Assembly: GCA_964250915.1 (NCBI GenBank) | Contig: CAXUIS010000002.1 | Coordinates: 18,736 to 78,851 of the forward strand | Direction of reading: 5' to 3' | Origin: an uncultured Ktedonobacteraceae bacterium | Lineage (GTDB): Bacteria; Chloroflexota; Ktedonobacteria; Ktedonobacterales; Ktedonobacteraceae | DNA length: 60,116 nucleotides | Shown: one piece after another, positions 27,571 to 37,000 of the stretch | Layout of the letters: the number at the start of each line of letters is the position of its first letter | Numbering within the stretch: position 1 is the first letter of the stretch | The notes under the pieces: model-generated | Told to the model about the DNA's origin: nothing | The model's database searches: none | The model's input: only the letters and a program-made list of their open reading frames with translations | Program-made: the position numbers and the translations under genes

Positions 27571-27666
27571 GGAGGTGTAGGGACTCCGGTGGGTCTCACC
27601 GTCTTCAAAACGGCTGGGGGGTCGCTCAGCGCGGTCCTCGGTGGGTTCGACTCCCATACACTTCTG
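27571..27666 (+). tRNA. selC: tRNA-Sec (anticodon TCA), 8/5 bacterial type
   Basis: 8-bp acceptor GGAGGTGT/ACACTTCT (2 G-U); 6-bp D stem GGACTC/GGGTCT with 4-nt loop CGGT as in E. coli selC; anticodon loop CTTCAAA; about 9-bp variable arm (27617-27639); T arm GTGGG-TTCGACT-CCCAT; discriminator G. The anticodon stem has only 4 clean pairs. Confidence 0.8.
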
Positions 27667-27922
27667 CCTCCATTCTCATACAATTGCTGTGCCATCTACT
27701 ATAAGCGTGGAATTAATGTGAATTCTCTTACTAGCGTAGAATAAACTCCGCGAAATCTGGACTGAACCCGTGAGATGGCTTCCCTCTCAAAGTCAAACAG
27801 CGCATTCCTTGAAGGATGGTAGCCCCCTGTCAAGTCACATTTTTTATAACACCCCAAACGTCCTAGAAAAACGAGTGTAAGAATATCCCCGTTGAGTACG
27901 TTTTCCATGAAGCATGAGTTGC

Positions 27923-28540
27923 TTATTCGTCGGTCCGAGGGACCAGACCAGACTCAAAGAGCGAAAGGAACTGGTCCGCAATGGCTTCAGGTTGAAGTTC
28001 ACCTTCTTCTTGATACCAATGGGCCAACCAGTTAAAGGACCCAAACAGCGTGAAGGTAACCATTTTCGGGTTGCAGGGTGCAATTGATCCGTCTGTGATG
28101 CCCTCCTCGATGATCCGGCGCACGGCTAGATCAATACTCGCACGGGCAGTACGAAGCACGTGCCGATTCTCTTGTGTTAGTGGCTCGTCTCCCGCGAGAA
28201 TCAGGCATGTGCCAAAATCCTGAACAATAATGCTCGCATAGCTTTTAAAAAAATGACGCACTTTTTCCAGTCCTGTTGTTCCCTGTGCCTGTGCCATCGC
28301 TAGAGCTTCTTGAGCCTGCTCTAGCCCTACTCTACTACACTCAAACAGAATATCGTCCTTACTTTTTATATATAAGTAGAGGGCTGGTTTCGAGACCCCA
28401 AGCTTCTGAGCCAAATCGTCAAGTGTTGTCTGATGAAAGCCTATTTCATTAAACGTGCGTGCTGCCGTTCTCAAAAGTGCCTGACGTTTGAGCCGATGCT
28501 GCTCTTCTTTTCCTTGAACATCTGTAGACCAACGTGCCAT
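27923..28540 (-). CDS. TetR/AcrR family transcriptional regulator
   Basis: N-terminal HTH TAARTFNEIGFHQTTLDDLAQKLGVSKPALYLYIKSKDDI. Divergent from the lipid-type cluster. Confidence 0.85.
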   Translation of the reverse strand: MARWSTDVQGKEEQHRLKRQALLRTAARTFNEIGFHQTTLDDLAQKLGVSKPALYLYIKSKDDILFECSRVGLEQAQEALAMAQAQGTTGLEKVRHFFKSYASIIVQDFGTCLILAGDEPLTQENRHVLRTARASIDLAVRRIIEEGITDGSIAPCNPKMVTFTLFGSFNWLAHWYQEEGELQPEAIADQFLSLFESGLVPRTDE

Positions 28541-28673
28541 GAGTAGTGACTATCCCCTTTCCTCTTTCCTCCTATGCGTGACATAGGAGGAAGGTTCTCC
28601 CTCAACGTTTCGTGTCTCTTGTCTGTTTCTGCGTACATCTTTGTACACCTCCCTCATAACTATATGCTATCTC

Positions 28674-28720
28674 TTGACTTTTTACAAATCGCAAGTTACA
28701 CTTGTTACCAGTGAGTAACA
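28674..28720 (+). promoter_or_regulatory. Candidate sigma-70 promoter plus TetR-type operator for the thiolase operon
   Basis: TTGACT (28674-28679), 17-nt spacer, TACACT (28697-28702), immediately followed by the inverted repeat TGTTAC-cagtga-GTAACA (28703-28720). Confidence 0.4.
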
Positions 28721-28811
28721 TTTATTTACTTTTAGTATTTCCCTTTTCTGATCTTCCTGAGAAGCTAATAGTAAGTCGTTGAAGACCGGAGGAACGCAAA
28801 GGAGCGGCGAG

Positions 28812-29993
28812 ATGAACAACCACGTGTGTGTCGTCGGGGTTGGTATGACCCCGTTCGTGAAGCCTGGAGCCAACGAACCCTATACGATGATGGGTGTCCA
28901 AGCGGTCAAAGACGCATTAGAAGATGCAAGGGTAGACTATACGCTTGTACAGCAGGCATATGTTGGATATGTCTATGGCGATAGCACCTGTGGTCAAGCA
29001 GTTCTCTACGGCCTTGGCATGACTGGAATTCCTGTCTTGAACGTCAATAATAATTGCTCAACCGGATCAAGTGCGCTCTATCTTGCTCGTCAAGCCGTTG
29101 AAGCTGGCATCGCTGATTGTGTCCTGGCACTGGGCTTTGAGCAAATGGTGCCAGGAGCACTTTCCAATGTCTATCATGACCGTCCAGCACCACTTGCCTC
29201 ATTTTTAGAGATCGCTCATGACGTTCAGGGTAGTTCAAAGGCTCCTATGGCGGCCCAACTCTTTGGCGGAGCAGGCGATGAGTATCAAGTCAAGTACGGG
29301 ACGAAAAACGAGACATTTGCGAAAATTACCGTGAAGGCTCGTCGGCACGCGGAGCATAATAAACGGGCTATTTTCCGTACCCAGCTGACTGTAGAAGAAG
29401 TCCTGGCATCCCCTCAAATTTATGGCATGTTGACCCGGCTGCAATGTTGCCCTCCGACATGTGGTGCAGCGGCAGCCATTGTCTGTTCCGCGTCCTTTGC
29501 TCGCCAACATGGTCTCAACGACTCTATCGTCATTGCAGGTCAGGCCATGACCACTGATCTTCCCTCAACGTTTACTGAGCACAGCATGACAAAGATGGTG
29601 GGATATGATATGACGGCACTTGCCACACGTCAGGTCTACGATCAGGCGGGCATCGGACCAGACGAATTGGATGTCGTTGAGTTACACGACTGTTTTACCT
29701 CCAATGAGTTGCTCTCCTACGAGGCACTCGGACTCACACCCGAAGGGACAGCCGAGCAGTTCATTTGTGATGGTCAGAATACCTACGGTGGAAGGGTGGT
29801 GACGAATCCATCGGGTGGGTTGCTCTCGAAAGGACATCCACTTGGCGCGACTGGGCTTGGGCAATGCGCTGAATTGGTGTGGCAGTTGCGTGGGCAGGCA
29901 GGTGTCCGTCAGGTTGAGGGAGCCAAGATAGCTCTACAGCACAATATTGGGCTGGGAGGTGCCTGCGTCGTGACCCTCTATCAGCGCGTCTGA
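28812..29993 (+). CDS. SCP-x / lipid-transfer-type thiolase
   Basis: NNNCSTGS active-site Cys, ELHDCF, HNIGLGGA C-terminus. AAGGAG SD before the ATG at 28812. Confidence 0.8.
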   Translation: MNNHVCVVGVGMTPFVKPGANEPYTMMGVQAVKDALEDARVDYTLVQQAYVGYVYGDSTCGQAVLYGLGMTGIPVLNVNNNCSTGSSALYLARQAVEAGIADCVLALGFEQMVPGALSNVYHDRPAPLASFLEIAHDVQGSSKAPMAAQLFGGAGDEYQVKYGTKNETFAKITVKARRHAEHNKRAIFRTQLTVEEVLASPQIYGMLTRLQCCPPTCGAAAAIVCSASFARQHGLNDSIVIAGQAMTTDLPSTFTEHSMTKMVGYDMTALATRQVYDQAGIGPDELDVVELHDCFTSNELLSYEALGLTPEGTAEQFICDGQNTYGGRVVTNPSGGLLSKGHPLGATGLGQCAELVWQLRGQAGVRQVEGAKIALQHNIGLGGACVVTLYQRV

Positions 29994-30107
29994 TTAGGCT
30001 CTGTGACGTTTTTCGTGAGGAAAACGTATGGACCAAGCCGAACCACGTATGCTGATCACGTGGAAAAAATGCATCTGCCGTTACCATGAGAGATGGGGAG
30101 ATCACAT

Positions 30108-30548
30108 ATGCTCGATAAGCAGGTCATTGGTTGGACGTCACCCGCTTCAACCGTCGAAGTAGAAAAGGGTCGTGTACGCTTTTTCACACACGCTATTGGC
30201 GAAACCAATCCGCTGTATAGCGATGAGGAGATTGCACGTGCGCAAGGCTATCGTTCGATACCCATACTCCCAACTTTTCTTTTCTGCCTGGAGATGGAAA
30301 ACTCCAGTTCTTCTCGCATCCTTGAAATCCTCAACGTTGGTATGGATCGCATCCTTCATGGTGAGCAGTTCTTTCGTTACCATCGGGCTGTGTGTGCTGG
30401 CGATTGTATCACGTTCCAATCCAAGGTAAGCGATATCTACTCTCACAAGGGGGGGACACTGGAATTTATCGTGCTGGAGAGTACTGCAACCAATCAGGAT
30501 GGCGTTCTGGTTGGAGAAATGCGCAGTAGCATTATTGTCCGCCAGTGA
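30108..30548 (+). CDS. MaoC-like (N-terminal type) hotdog-fold dehydratase subunit
   Basis: FAS1-like/MaoC_N pattern (VEKGRVRFFTHAIGETNPLY...PTFLF). GGGGAG SD before the ATG at 30108. Confidence 0.7.
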   Translation: MLDKQVIGWTSPASTVEVEKGRVRFFTHAIGETNPLYSDEEIARAQGYRSIPILPTFLFCLEMENSSSSRILEILNVGMDRILHGEQFFRYHRAVCAGDCITFQSKVSDIYSHKGGTLEFIVLESTATNQDGVLVGEMRSSIIVRQ

Positions 30549-30566
30549 GAAAGTGAGTAGAACAGC

Positions 30567-30986
30567 TTGGAGACACCCGTTTTTGAAGCACTTCACGAGG
30601 GCGACTCTCTCCCACCATTCGTCACAGGGCCGATCTCTCGTCAAACACTTGCCCTATACGCGGGAGCTTCGGGTGATCACAATCCGATGCATATTGATAC
30701 TGACTTCGCGAAACAATCGGGCATGGACGACGTTTTTGCGCATGGTATGTTGAGCATGGCGTATTTAGGGAGGCTCCTCACGAATTGGGTGCCCCAAACG
30801 GCTTTGCGTGAATTTAGTACCCGCTTCTCGGCAATTACTCATGTGGGCGATCAACTCACCTGTCAGGGCATTGTGACGGAAACGTTTGAGCGTGCCGACG
30901 AACATTGTATTCGTCTCCGCCTAACGGCAACCAATCAGCAGGGAGAGATTAAACTTCAGGGTGAAGCAGTAGTCGCATTTGTCTGA
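30567..30986 (+). CDS. MaoC-like R-specific enoyl-CoA hydratase subunit
   Basis: YAGASGDHNPMHID...FAHGM hydratase motif. TTG start 19 nt after the preceding stop. Confidence 0.75.
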   Translation: METPVFEALHEGDSLPPFVTGPISRQTLALYAGASGDHNPMHIDTDFAKQSGMDDVFAHGMLSMAYLGRLLTNWVPQTALREFSTRFSAITHVGDQLTCQGIVTETFERADEHCIRLRLTATNQQGEIKLQGEAVVAFV

Positions 30987-31036
30987 CGACGATACGCCTC
31001 AATAGTGTGTGTCGTACAAGAAAGAAGAACAGAACT

Positions 31037-31864
31037 ATGCCCAAACTTGATGGCAAAGTTGCCCTTATTTCTGGTTCCGGGCGCGGCATCGGACGCGCTC
31101 TTGCGCTCAAACTTGCACATGAAGGTGCGCGAGTCGTCATCAATGACCTGGACGCAGACCCGGCTCAAGCGGTGATCGAAGAAATTCACGGCTTTGGAGG
31201 GGAAGCGGTGACGTGTACAGGAGATGTGACAGCACCTGATTTTGGCAACCGCTTTGTCAAAACGGCCCTCGACAGCTTTGGCACCCTCGATATCATCGTG
31301 AATAACGCAGGCTACACGTGGGATAGTGTCATACAGAAAATGAGTGATGAACAGTTTGAGGCGATGGTTCAGGTTCATCTGATGGCACCATTTCGCATTC
31401 TGCGAGCAGCGTCGGAGTCTCTTCGGGCCGCAGCGAAACAAGAGGCAGCGGAAGGCCGAGAGGTCGTTCGCAAAGTCGTCAATATTTCCTCGGTTGCTGG
31501 TCTCTATGGCAATGCGGGACAAATCAATTACTCGACTGCGAAGGCGGGCATTGTAGGCATGACACGCACACTATGCAAAGAATGGGGACGCTACAAAGTC
31601 ACGGTCAACTGTGTTGCCTTTGGCTACATCAAAACACGTTTGACGCAACCGATTACTACACAACAAGCAACTATCGATGTGGCCGGGCGGGATATCCAGG
31701 TCGGGGTGCAATCGAGTATGCTCAACACCTTTGAGCAGCTGATTCCTTTCGGACGTGCAGGTGAACCAGAAGAAGCGGCTGATGCCGTCTACCTTTTCTG
31801 TTCCCCGGAGTCGAATTACATCAGTGGTCAAGTAATCGTCTGCGGCGGTGGATTGTTAATGTAG
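31037..31864 (+). CDS. SDR family oxidoreductase (FabG-like)
   Basis: GSGRGIGRA cofactor motif, NNAG, YSTAKAG catalytic YxxxK. Confidence 0.85.
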   Translation: MPKLDGKVALISGSGRGIGRALALKLAHEGARVVINDLDADPAQAVIEEIHGFGGEAVTCTGDVTAPDFGNRFVKTALDSFGTLDIIVNNAGYTWDSVIQKMSDEQFEAMVQVHLMAPFRILRAASESLRAAAKQEAAEGREVVRKVVNISSVAGLYGNAGQINYSTAKAGIVGMTRTLCKEWGRYKVTVNCVAFGYIKTRLTQPITTQQATIDVAGRDIQVGVQSSMLNTFEQLIPFGRAGEPEEAADAVYLFCSPESNYISGQVIVCGGGLLM

Positions 31865-31905
31865 ACGTTGAAGACGACCACAGTGTGCTAAGGAGCAAGA
31901 GAACG

Positions 31906-32107
31906 ATGCAGAGAACGTTGTTGACCGAGGAACATTCCCTGTTCCGCGATACCTTCCGGCATTTCGTCTCTGTAATTGCATGGGGGATATGGCTACATGC
32001 TCGAATATCCCATTGCTCATGCATATCTTGATGCCCGTGCACAAAGTATTTATGCAGGCACGAACGAGATTATGAAGGAGATTATCGGACGCTCAATAGG
32101 CGTCTAG
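31906..32107 (+). pseudogene. Acyl-CoA dehydrogenase remnant with an internal deletion
   Basis: AGGAG SD plus ATG gives MQRTLLTEEHSLFRDTFRHFV, an ACAD N-terminus. From 31991, in another frame, GYMLEYPIAHAYLDARAQSIYAGTNEIMKEIIGRSIGV-stop is an ACAD C-terminus. About 330 codons are missing between them. Confidence 0.75.
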
Positions 32108-32120
32108 GAGGAGCCTTTTT

Positions 32121-33701
32121 ATGGACCTACTCTTGAATTTGAGGCGTACGGTGAACAATTTCCCCGACGCGCCAGCGATTATCGACGGCAGTGTTCGCAT
32201 GAACTGGCGCGAATACGACTTGGAAACACGCCATGTGGCAGCTGGACTCGTTGCACTTGGTGCGCGACCAAGCGACCGTATTGCTATCCTGGCACTCAAT
32301 AGCTATCGCTATGCGATTCTTTATTATGCCGTAATACGCATAGGTGCCATTTTGGTCCCACTGAACACACGTTTTTCCCCCGCTGAACATGTGTATACGC
32401 TCAATGACAGTGGTGCTCTCATTCTCATCGTTGATGACACCTTTCTTCCGGTGATCGAAACTCTTGCCCCTCAGTTGCACACCGTACAGCAGTTTCTGCA
32501 TATGGGGAACGACTCTGCCCCACAGGAGATGCAGGCGTATCAGACAGTTCTTGCTACCGGAAGGAACCAGACGACGTATAACGATGTCCAGCCTGATGAG
32601 GATGATGTCATCGGATTGTTCTACACCGGTGGCACAACTGGAAATCCCAAAGGGGTGATGCTAACACACAAAAATCTGATGACAAATCACCTGCAAATCC
32701 TTGCCACTTGCCCATTTCCTACTCCGCTGAATCACCTGCATGTGGCTCCTATGTTCCACTTAGCCGATGGAGTCTTCGTCTTCATGGTCACGTTGCTCGG
32801 CGGCTGTCATACGATCCTGCCGACCTTTGATCCTATCACCGTCCTAGAAACGATCCAACGTGAGCGTATCACGCACATCATGTTGGTCCCGACCATGATA
32901 AATATGATGGTTCAGGTATCCACTATTGAGGACTACGATCTGAGCAGCCTCCAACGGATCATCTATGGTGCCTCCTCTATTCCGCTCGAAGTTCTCAAGA
33001 AAGCAATGAACGTTTTCCCCTGTGAGTTTATCCAGGCATATGGCATGACAGAGGTGAGTCCTATTCTGACGCTCCTCTTAGGGGAGGAGCATCGCAAGGC
33101 AGTAAGTGCTGCATCAGGCTCACCAGAAGCACGCCGCTTGTTGAGTGCCGGTCAGCCGATTGTGGGGGTTGATGTGCGGATCGTTGATGAACAGGGTCAG
33201 GAAGTAGCGGTAGGGGAGATCGGGGAGGTCGTGGCGCGTGGCCCCAACGTGATGAAAGGCTACTGGAATCAGGCAGCAGAGACGGTCGTTGGTCTACGCG
33301 ATGGCTGGCTGCATACAGGAGACCTGGCATCGCGCGATGATCACGCCTTTTTCTACATCGTGGATCGCAAAAAGGATATGATCATTTCGGGAGCCGAAAA
33401 TATCTATTCCGCGGAAGTCGAGAATGCCCTCTACATGCATCCTGCGGTCTTGGAAGCGGCCGTCATCGGGGTGCCTGATCCGAAGTGGGGCGAACGAGTT
33501 CACGCAGTCGTTGCGTTGAAACCCGGTCATCAGGCCACGGCGGAGGAACTGATTGGAACCTGCCGGGAAAGAATTGCTGGCTATAAGGTGCCTCGTTCCA
33601 TCGAACTGACGGATGTCCTTCCCAAAAGCGGGGCGGGAAAAATTCTCAAGCGAACACTTCGAGAGAAATACTGGCAAGGTCATTCACGCCAGATCAACTA
33701 A
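32121..33701 (+). CDS. AMP-dependent acyl-CoA synthetase/ligase
   Basis: YTGGTTGNPKGV P-loop, GYGMTE-type motif (AYGMTEV), C-terminal GKILKR. GGAGGAG SD. Confidence 0.85.
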   Translation: MDLLLNLRRTVNNFPDAPAIIDGSVRMNWREYDLETRHVAAGLVALGARPSDRIAILALNSYRYAILYYAVIRIGAILVPLNTRFSPAEHVYTLNDSGALILIVDDTFLPVIETLAPQLHTVQQFLHMGNDSAPQEMQAYQTVLATGRNQTTYNDVQPDEDDVIGLFYTGGTTGNPKGVMLTHKNLMTNHLQILATCPFPTPLNHLHVAPMFHLADGVFVFMVTLLGGCHTILPTFDPITVLETIQRERITHIMLVPTMINMMVQVSTIEDYDLSSLQRIIYGASSIPLEVLKKAMNVFPCEFIQAYGMTEVSPILTLLLGEEHRKAVSAASGSPEARRLLSAGQPIVGVDVRIVDEQGQEVAVGEIGEVVARGPNVMKGYWNQAAETVVGLRDGWLHTGDLASRDDHAFFYIVDRKKDMIISGAENIYSAEVENALYMHPAVLEAAVIGVPDPKWGERVHAVVALKPGHQATAEELIGTCRERIAGYKVPRSIELTDVLPKSGAGKILKRTLREKYWQGHSRQIN

Positions 33702-33768
33702 TCGGTCTAACGACCTAGCTATGTGAATTGCTTATCAAGATCAGATGAGAAGAAGACGGAGAACAGGC

Positions 33769-35241
33769 ATGAACATTGTGATTGAGAAGAACATCATGGT
33801 TCCTATGCGCGATGGGGTCAAGCTTGCAACCGATGTCTATCGTCCGGCAGAAGGAGGACCTGTTCCGGTTCTCCTCGCACGGTTACCCTACAACAAAGAC
33901 CTGCCATCGATGATGCAGAGAGTCTTTGATGCCCCGCGAGCGGTTCAGTCAGGCTACGCTGTCGTCATGCAGGACTGCCGGGGACGTTTTGGCTCGGAGG
34001 GCGAGTTCACTCCCTTGTTCAATGAAGCACATGATGGGGTTGATACGGTCACGTGGATTACGCAACAGCCCTGGTCCAGCGATCAAATTGGGACGGTGGG
34101 ACGGTCCTACCATGGGTTCACTCAGTGGCTTCTCGCCAGGGAGCATCCAGAAGCTCTCCGGGCGATGGCACCTGTCTTCGCCACGTCAGACTATTATCAG
34201 ACGCCATTGCATTATCAAGGCGGAGTGTTCTCGCTTGGGACGACGATCTTCTAGTCCGTGACAATGGCACTTGAGGAATTGCTACGACAACTGCGACAGG
34301 GCAAGGCCAGCATGCAACAGATGGAGACGCTCATGCAGATGGTGAGTAATCTCCCTCTCGTCGATATGCCTCTGCTGCGCGACTTCGCTCCCTACTATTT
34401 CGAGTGGCTCGCTCATCCGAACTATGATGACTACTGGCGGAGTATTGCTCACAAGGAATACTACCAGCAGATGACCGTGCCAGCACTCAACATCGGTGGC
34501 TGGTATGACGTTTTGCTGGGGGGAACTCTAGAGAGCTACACTGGCATGAAGCAGCACGGCGGTAATACGATGGCGCGGCAGCACCAGAGGCTCCTGATCG
34601 GTCCCTGGTCACATGGTGCGATGACCGGCATCTTCCCAGAACGCGACTATGGCATACTGGCGAGCGAGGATGCAATTGATCTCGTCGGGACTCAACTGCG
34701 CTGGTTCAACCACTGGCTCAAGGGCGAAGACAATGGCGTGGAGCAGGACAAGCCAGTGAAACTCTTTGTGATGGGGTTGGATCAATGGCGTGAGGAAGAC
34801 GACTGGCCGCTGCCCGATACACAGTACCGTCCCTACTACCTGCACAGTGCTGGACATGCCAATACTACATCTGACGATGGGACACTCTCGACTGAGGCAC
34901 CCACAGACGAGGCTGAAGATGTGTATCTCTACGACCCGCGCCACCCCGTTCCGACCGTGGGTGGTGCCATTCTCCTGTCTGTTGCCATAGGCATCGACCA
35001 GGGACCACGCGATCAGCGTAGTGTGGAAGCACGCGAAGATGTGCTTTGCTATTCCTCCCCTCTCCTTGAGAAGTCAGTAGAGGTGACAGGCCCCATTGAA
35101 CTGGTGTTGTATGTCTCCTCGTCGGCACGCGATACAGACTTTACGGGCAAACTCGTCGATGTCTACCCCGATGGTCGTACCGAAATCCTCACGGATGGCA
35201 TCCTACGTGCTCGTTATCGTGAGTCGTTCTCTGAGCCAAAA
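33769..35241 (+). pseudogene. CocE/NonD (X-Pro dipeptidyl-peptidase S15) family hydrolase with in-frame TAG and C-terminal truncation
   Basis: The N-terminus VPMRDGVKLATDVYRP...LPYNK is typical. There is a TAG at 34252-34254 where a Trp is expected (TTIF*SV). The PepX_C domain breaks off after RYRESFSEPK and continues in frame into an unrelated SDR fragment. Confidence 0.75.
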
Positions 35242-35712
35242 CTGGCCGAGAAAAACGTCCGGTCATCGGTTGTTCGTCTGGCGCCGACCGTTCATGGACC
35301 GCTCGATATCTCGGCGGCCTTTATGCCAACATTTATTCGTATCGCTCGCGAAAAGGGTGTCTCGGCCTACATTGGTGAGGGAGCCAATCGCTAGCCTGCC
35401 GTGCATGAACGCGACGCAGCATCCCTGTTTCGTTTAGCACTTGAAGCTGCACCAGCTGGCACCCGACTGCATAGTGTCGCTGATCAAGGCATCGCCTTTA
35501 AAGACATCGCCGAGACGATTGGACACCAACTGAACGTACCAGTAACCAGCATTTCTGCACAGGATGCTCCCGAACACTTTCGCCATCTGAGCACTTTTGC
35601 GGCACTTGATAATCCGGCATCGAGTGCCATCACCCAGGCGACGCTGAATTGGCATCCTGCCCACCCAAGTCTTATTGAAGACCTTCGTGAAGGCGAGTAC
35701 TTCAAAGTGTAG
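35242..35712 (+). pseudogene. C-terminal remnant of an NAD-dependent epimerase/SDR gene, fused in frame to the CocE fragment
   Basis: LAEKNVRSSVVRLAPTVHG...[39 protein letters not shown] matches the C-terminal half of this SDR family. The TAG at 35392-35394 sits at the conserved NRWPAVH Trp. The N-terminal Rossmann half is absent. Confidence 0.7.
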
Positions 35713-35721
35713 CAATCAAAC

Positions 35722-35756
35722 ATGTTAGAACGGGGCTTATAGCCCCGTCCTAACAT
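35722..35756. terminator. 16-bp stem-loop after the SDR remnant
   Basis: ATGTTAGAACGGGGCT-TAT-AGCCCCGTCCTAACAT with one mismatch. No U-tract. Confidence 0.45.
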
Positions 35757-35885
35757 TGCCAATGATGGTCAGCCACGATTTCTAGATTGTTCAGTTCAAA
35801 GTCAAAGATTTGCCTTCGTGTCTGAGGTTGTCCCTGTGTATCCTCCTTTCGAGAGAGGACCATTTGCTTCCTTCGCGTAAAAATA

Positions 35886-36980
35886 TCAAAACGTCGAGGG
35901 GCGGCTCGACGTTCGTACAATCAAGGGCGTTGCTATTTCTAAGCGCAGCGGTTTCCGCGCGGATTCGACGCTTTCACCACGGTAAGTAGAGGTATATTTC
36001 CACTTTGTTTGACCGTCATCAAAAGAATAAGGTGTCTCTATCAAGGATAAAAGCAGAGTAATAGCAACTTGCCCCATCTCGTAAAATGGTTGTCGCACCG
36101 TAGAAAGGGGAATGTGCATATGTGCCGAAGAGGGTAGATCATCGAAACCGACGAGAGCAATATCTTCTGGTAGACGTAATCCATACTCTCTAGCGGCCGT
36201 CATCACTCCATACGCCGTATAGTCACTTGCAGCGAAAATAGCAGTAGGCCGCTCAGGTAAATCAAAGAGAATCTTCGCACCCACCTGACCACTAGCGGGC
36301 TTAAAATCTCCTGGAACAACGAGTGTAGAATCAACAGACAATCCAGCTTCTTCCAATGCTTCACAGTAGCCTTGAAAACGATCCCGAGAAACTTGATAGT
36401 TGAGTGGCCCTTGAATATGAGCAATGCGGCGATGTCCCATTTGGAGAAGGTGATGGGTCGCTTCATACGCTCCCAAGCGGTTGTTGATCGTGATCCAAGG
36501 GACGTTTTCCGGTGGCACTTCCTGATCGTCAAGAAGGACAACAGGGAATTCTGGACTATGCAACGTGGCGAGGTATCGAGATGTCGGGCCAGGAAAAATA
36601 GCAAGCAGACCAGAAGTCAGTTTTGTTTCCAGAATGCGATGAATCACTTCACTCCGAACTTCTTCGTGATAAATATCGCTGATACTATAGAGGAGAAGCT
36701 CATACTGTGTCTGCTCTATCGTTTCAGCAACACCACGCATAATGTCTGGGATGAGAGGCCAAGTGAAAGAAGGAATCAAAAGAGCAATCAATCGACTATG
36801 ACCACCCGCTAAACTAGATGCGGCAAAGTTAGGTGTATATCCTTGCTCCTCTATGATGCGCAGAATCCGCTCTCGTGTCGTGGGGTCTACGTCCGGCTTC
36901 TGGTTTAAGACACGCGAAACCGTAGCTTTAGATACGCCAGCTAGCCGAGCGATGTCCTGGATCGTAGATTTTTCTGTCAT
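35886..36980 (-). CDS. LacI family transcriptional regulator
   Basis: TIQDIARLAGVSKATVSRVLN HTH plus a periplasmic-binding-fold effector domain. Last gene of the GH3/ABC operon strand. Confidence 0.85.
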   Translation of the reverse strand: MTEKSTIQDIARLAGVSKATVSRVLNQKPDVDPTTRERILRIIEEQGYTPNFAASSLAGGHSRLIALLIPSFTWPLIPDIMRGVAETIEQTQYELLLYSISDIYHEEVRSEVIHRILETKLTSGLLAIFPGPTSRYLATLHSPEFPVVLLDDQEVPPENVPWITINNRLGAYEATHHLLQMGHRRIAHIQGPLNYQVSRDRFQGYCEALEEAGLSVDSTLVVPGDFKPASGQVGAKILFDLPERPTAIFAASDYTAYGVMTAAREYGLRLPEDIALVGFDDLPSSAHMHIPLSTVRQPFYEMGQVAITLLLSLIETPYSFDDGQTKWKYTSTYRGESVESARKPLRLEIATPLIVRTSSRPSTF

Positions 36981-37000
36981 GAACTTCTTTTCCAAATGCG

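Noticed and set aside
27571-27672. Alternative acceptor pairing of tRNA-Sec using GGAGG (27571-27575) with CCTCC (27667-27671), which would give an encoded ...CCA-like end
   Set aside because: It would leave 7 unpaired nucleotides between the T stem and the acceptor stem, which is incompatible with a tRNA fold. The 8-bp acceptor directly abutting the T stem matches the bacterial 8/5 Sec structure.
34252-35394. Reading the two in-frame TAG codons as programmed recoding (for example pyrrolysine or suppression)
   Set aside because: No pyl genes or suppressor tRNA are visible here. The gene is also truncated and fused to an unrelated remnant, so pseudogenisation is the economical explanation. 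It is kept as a finding only because both stops replace an expected Trp.
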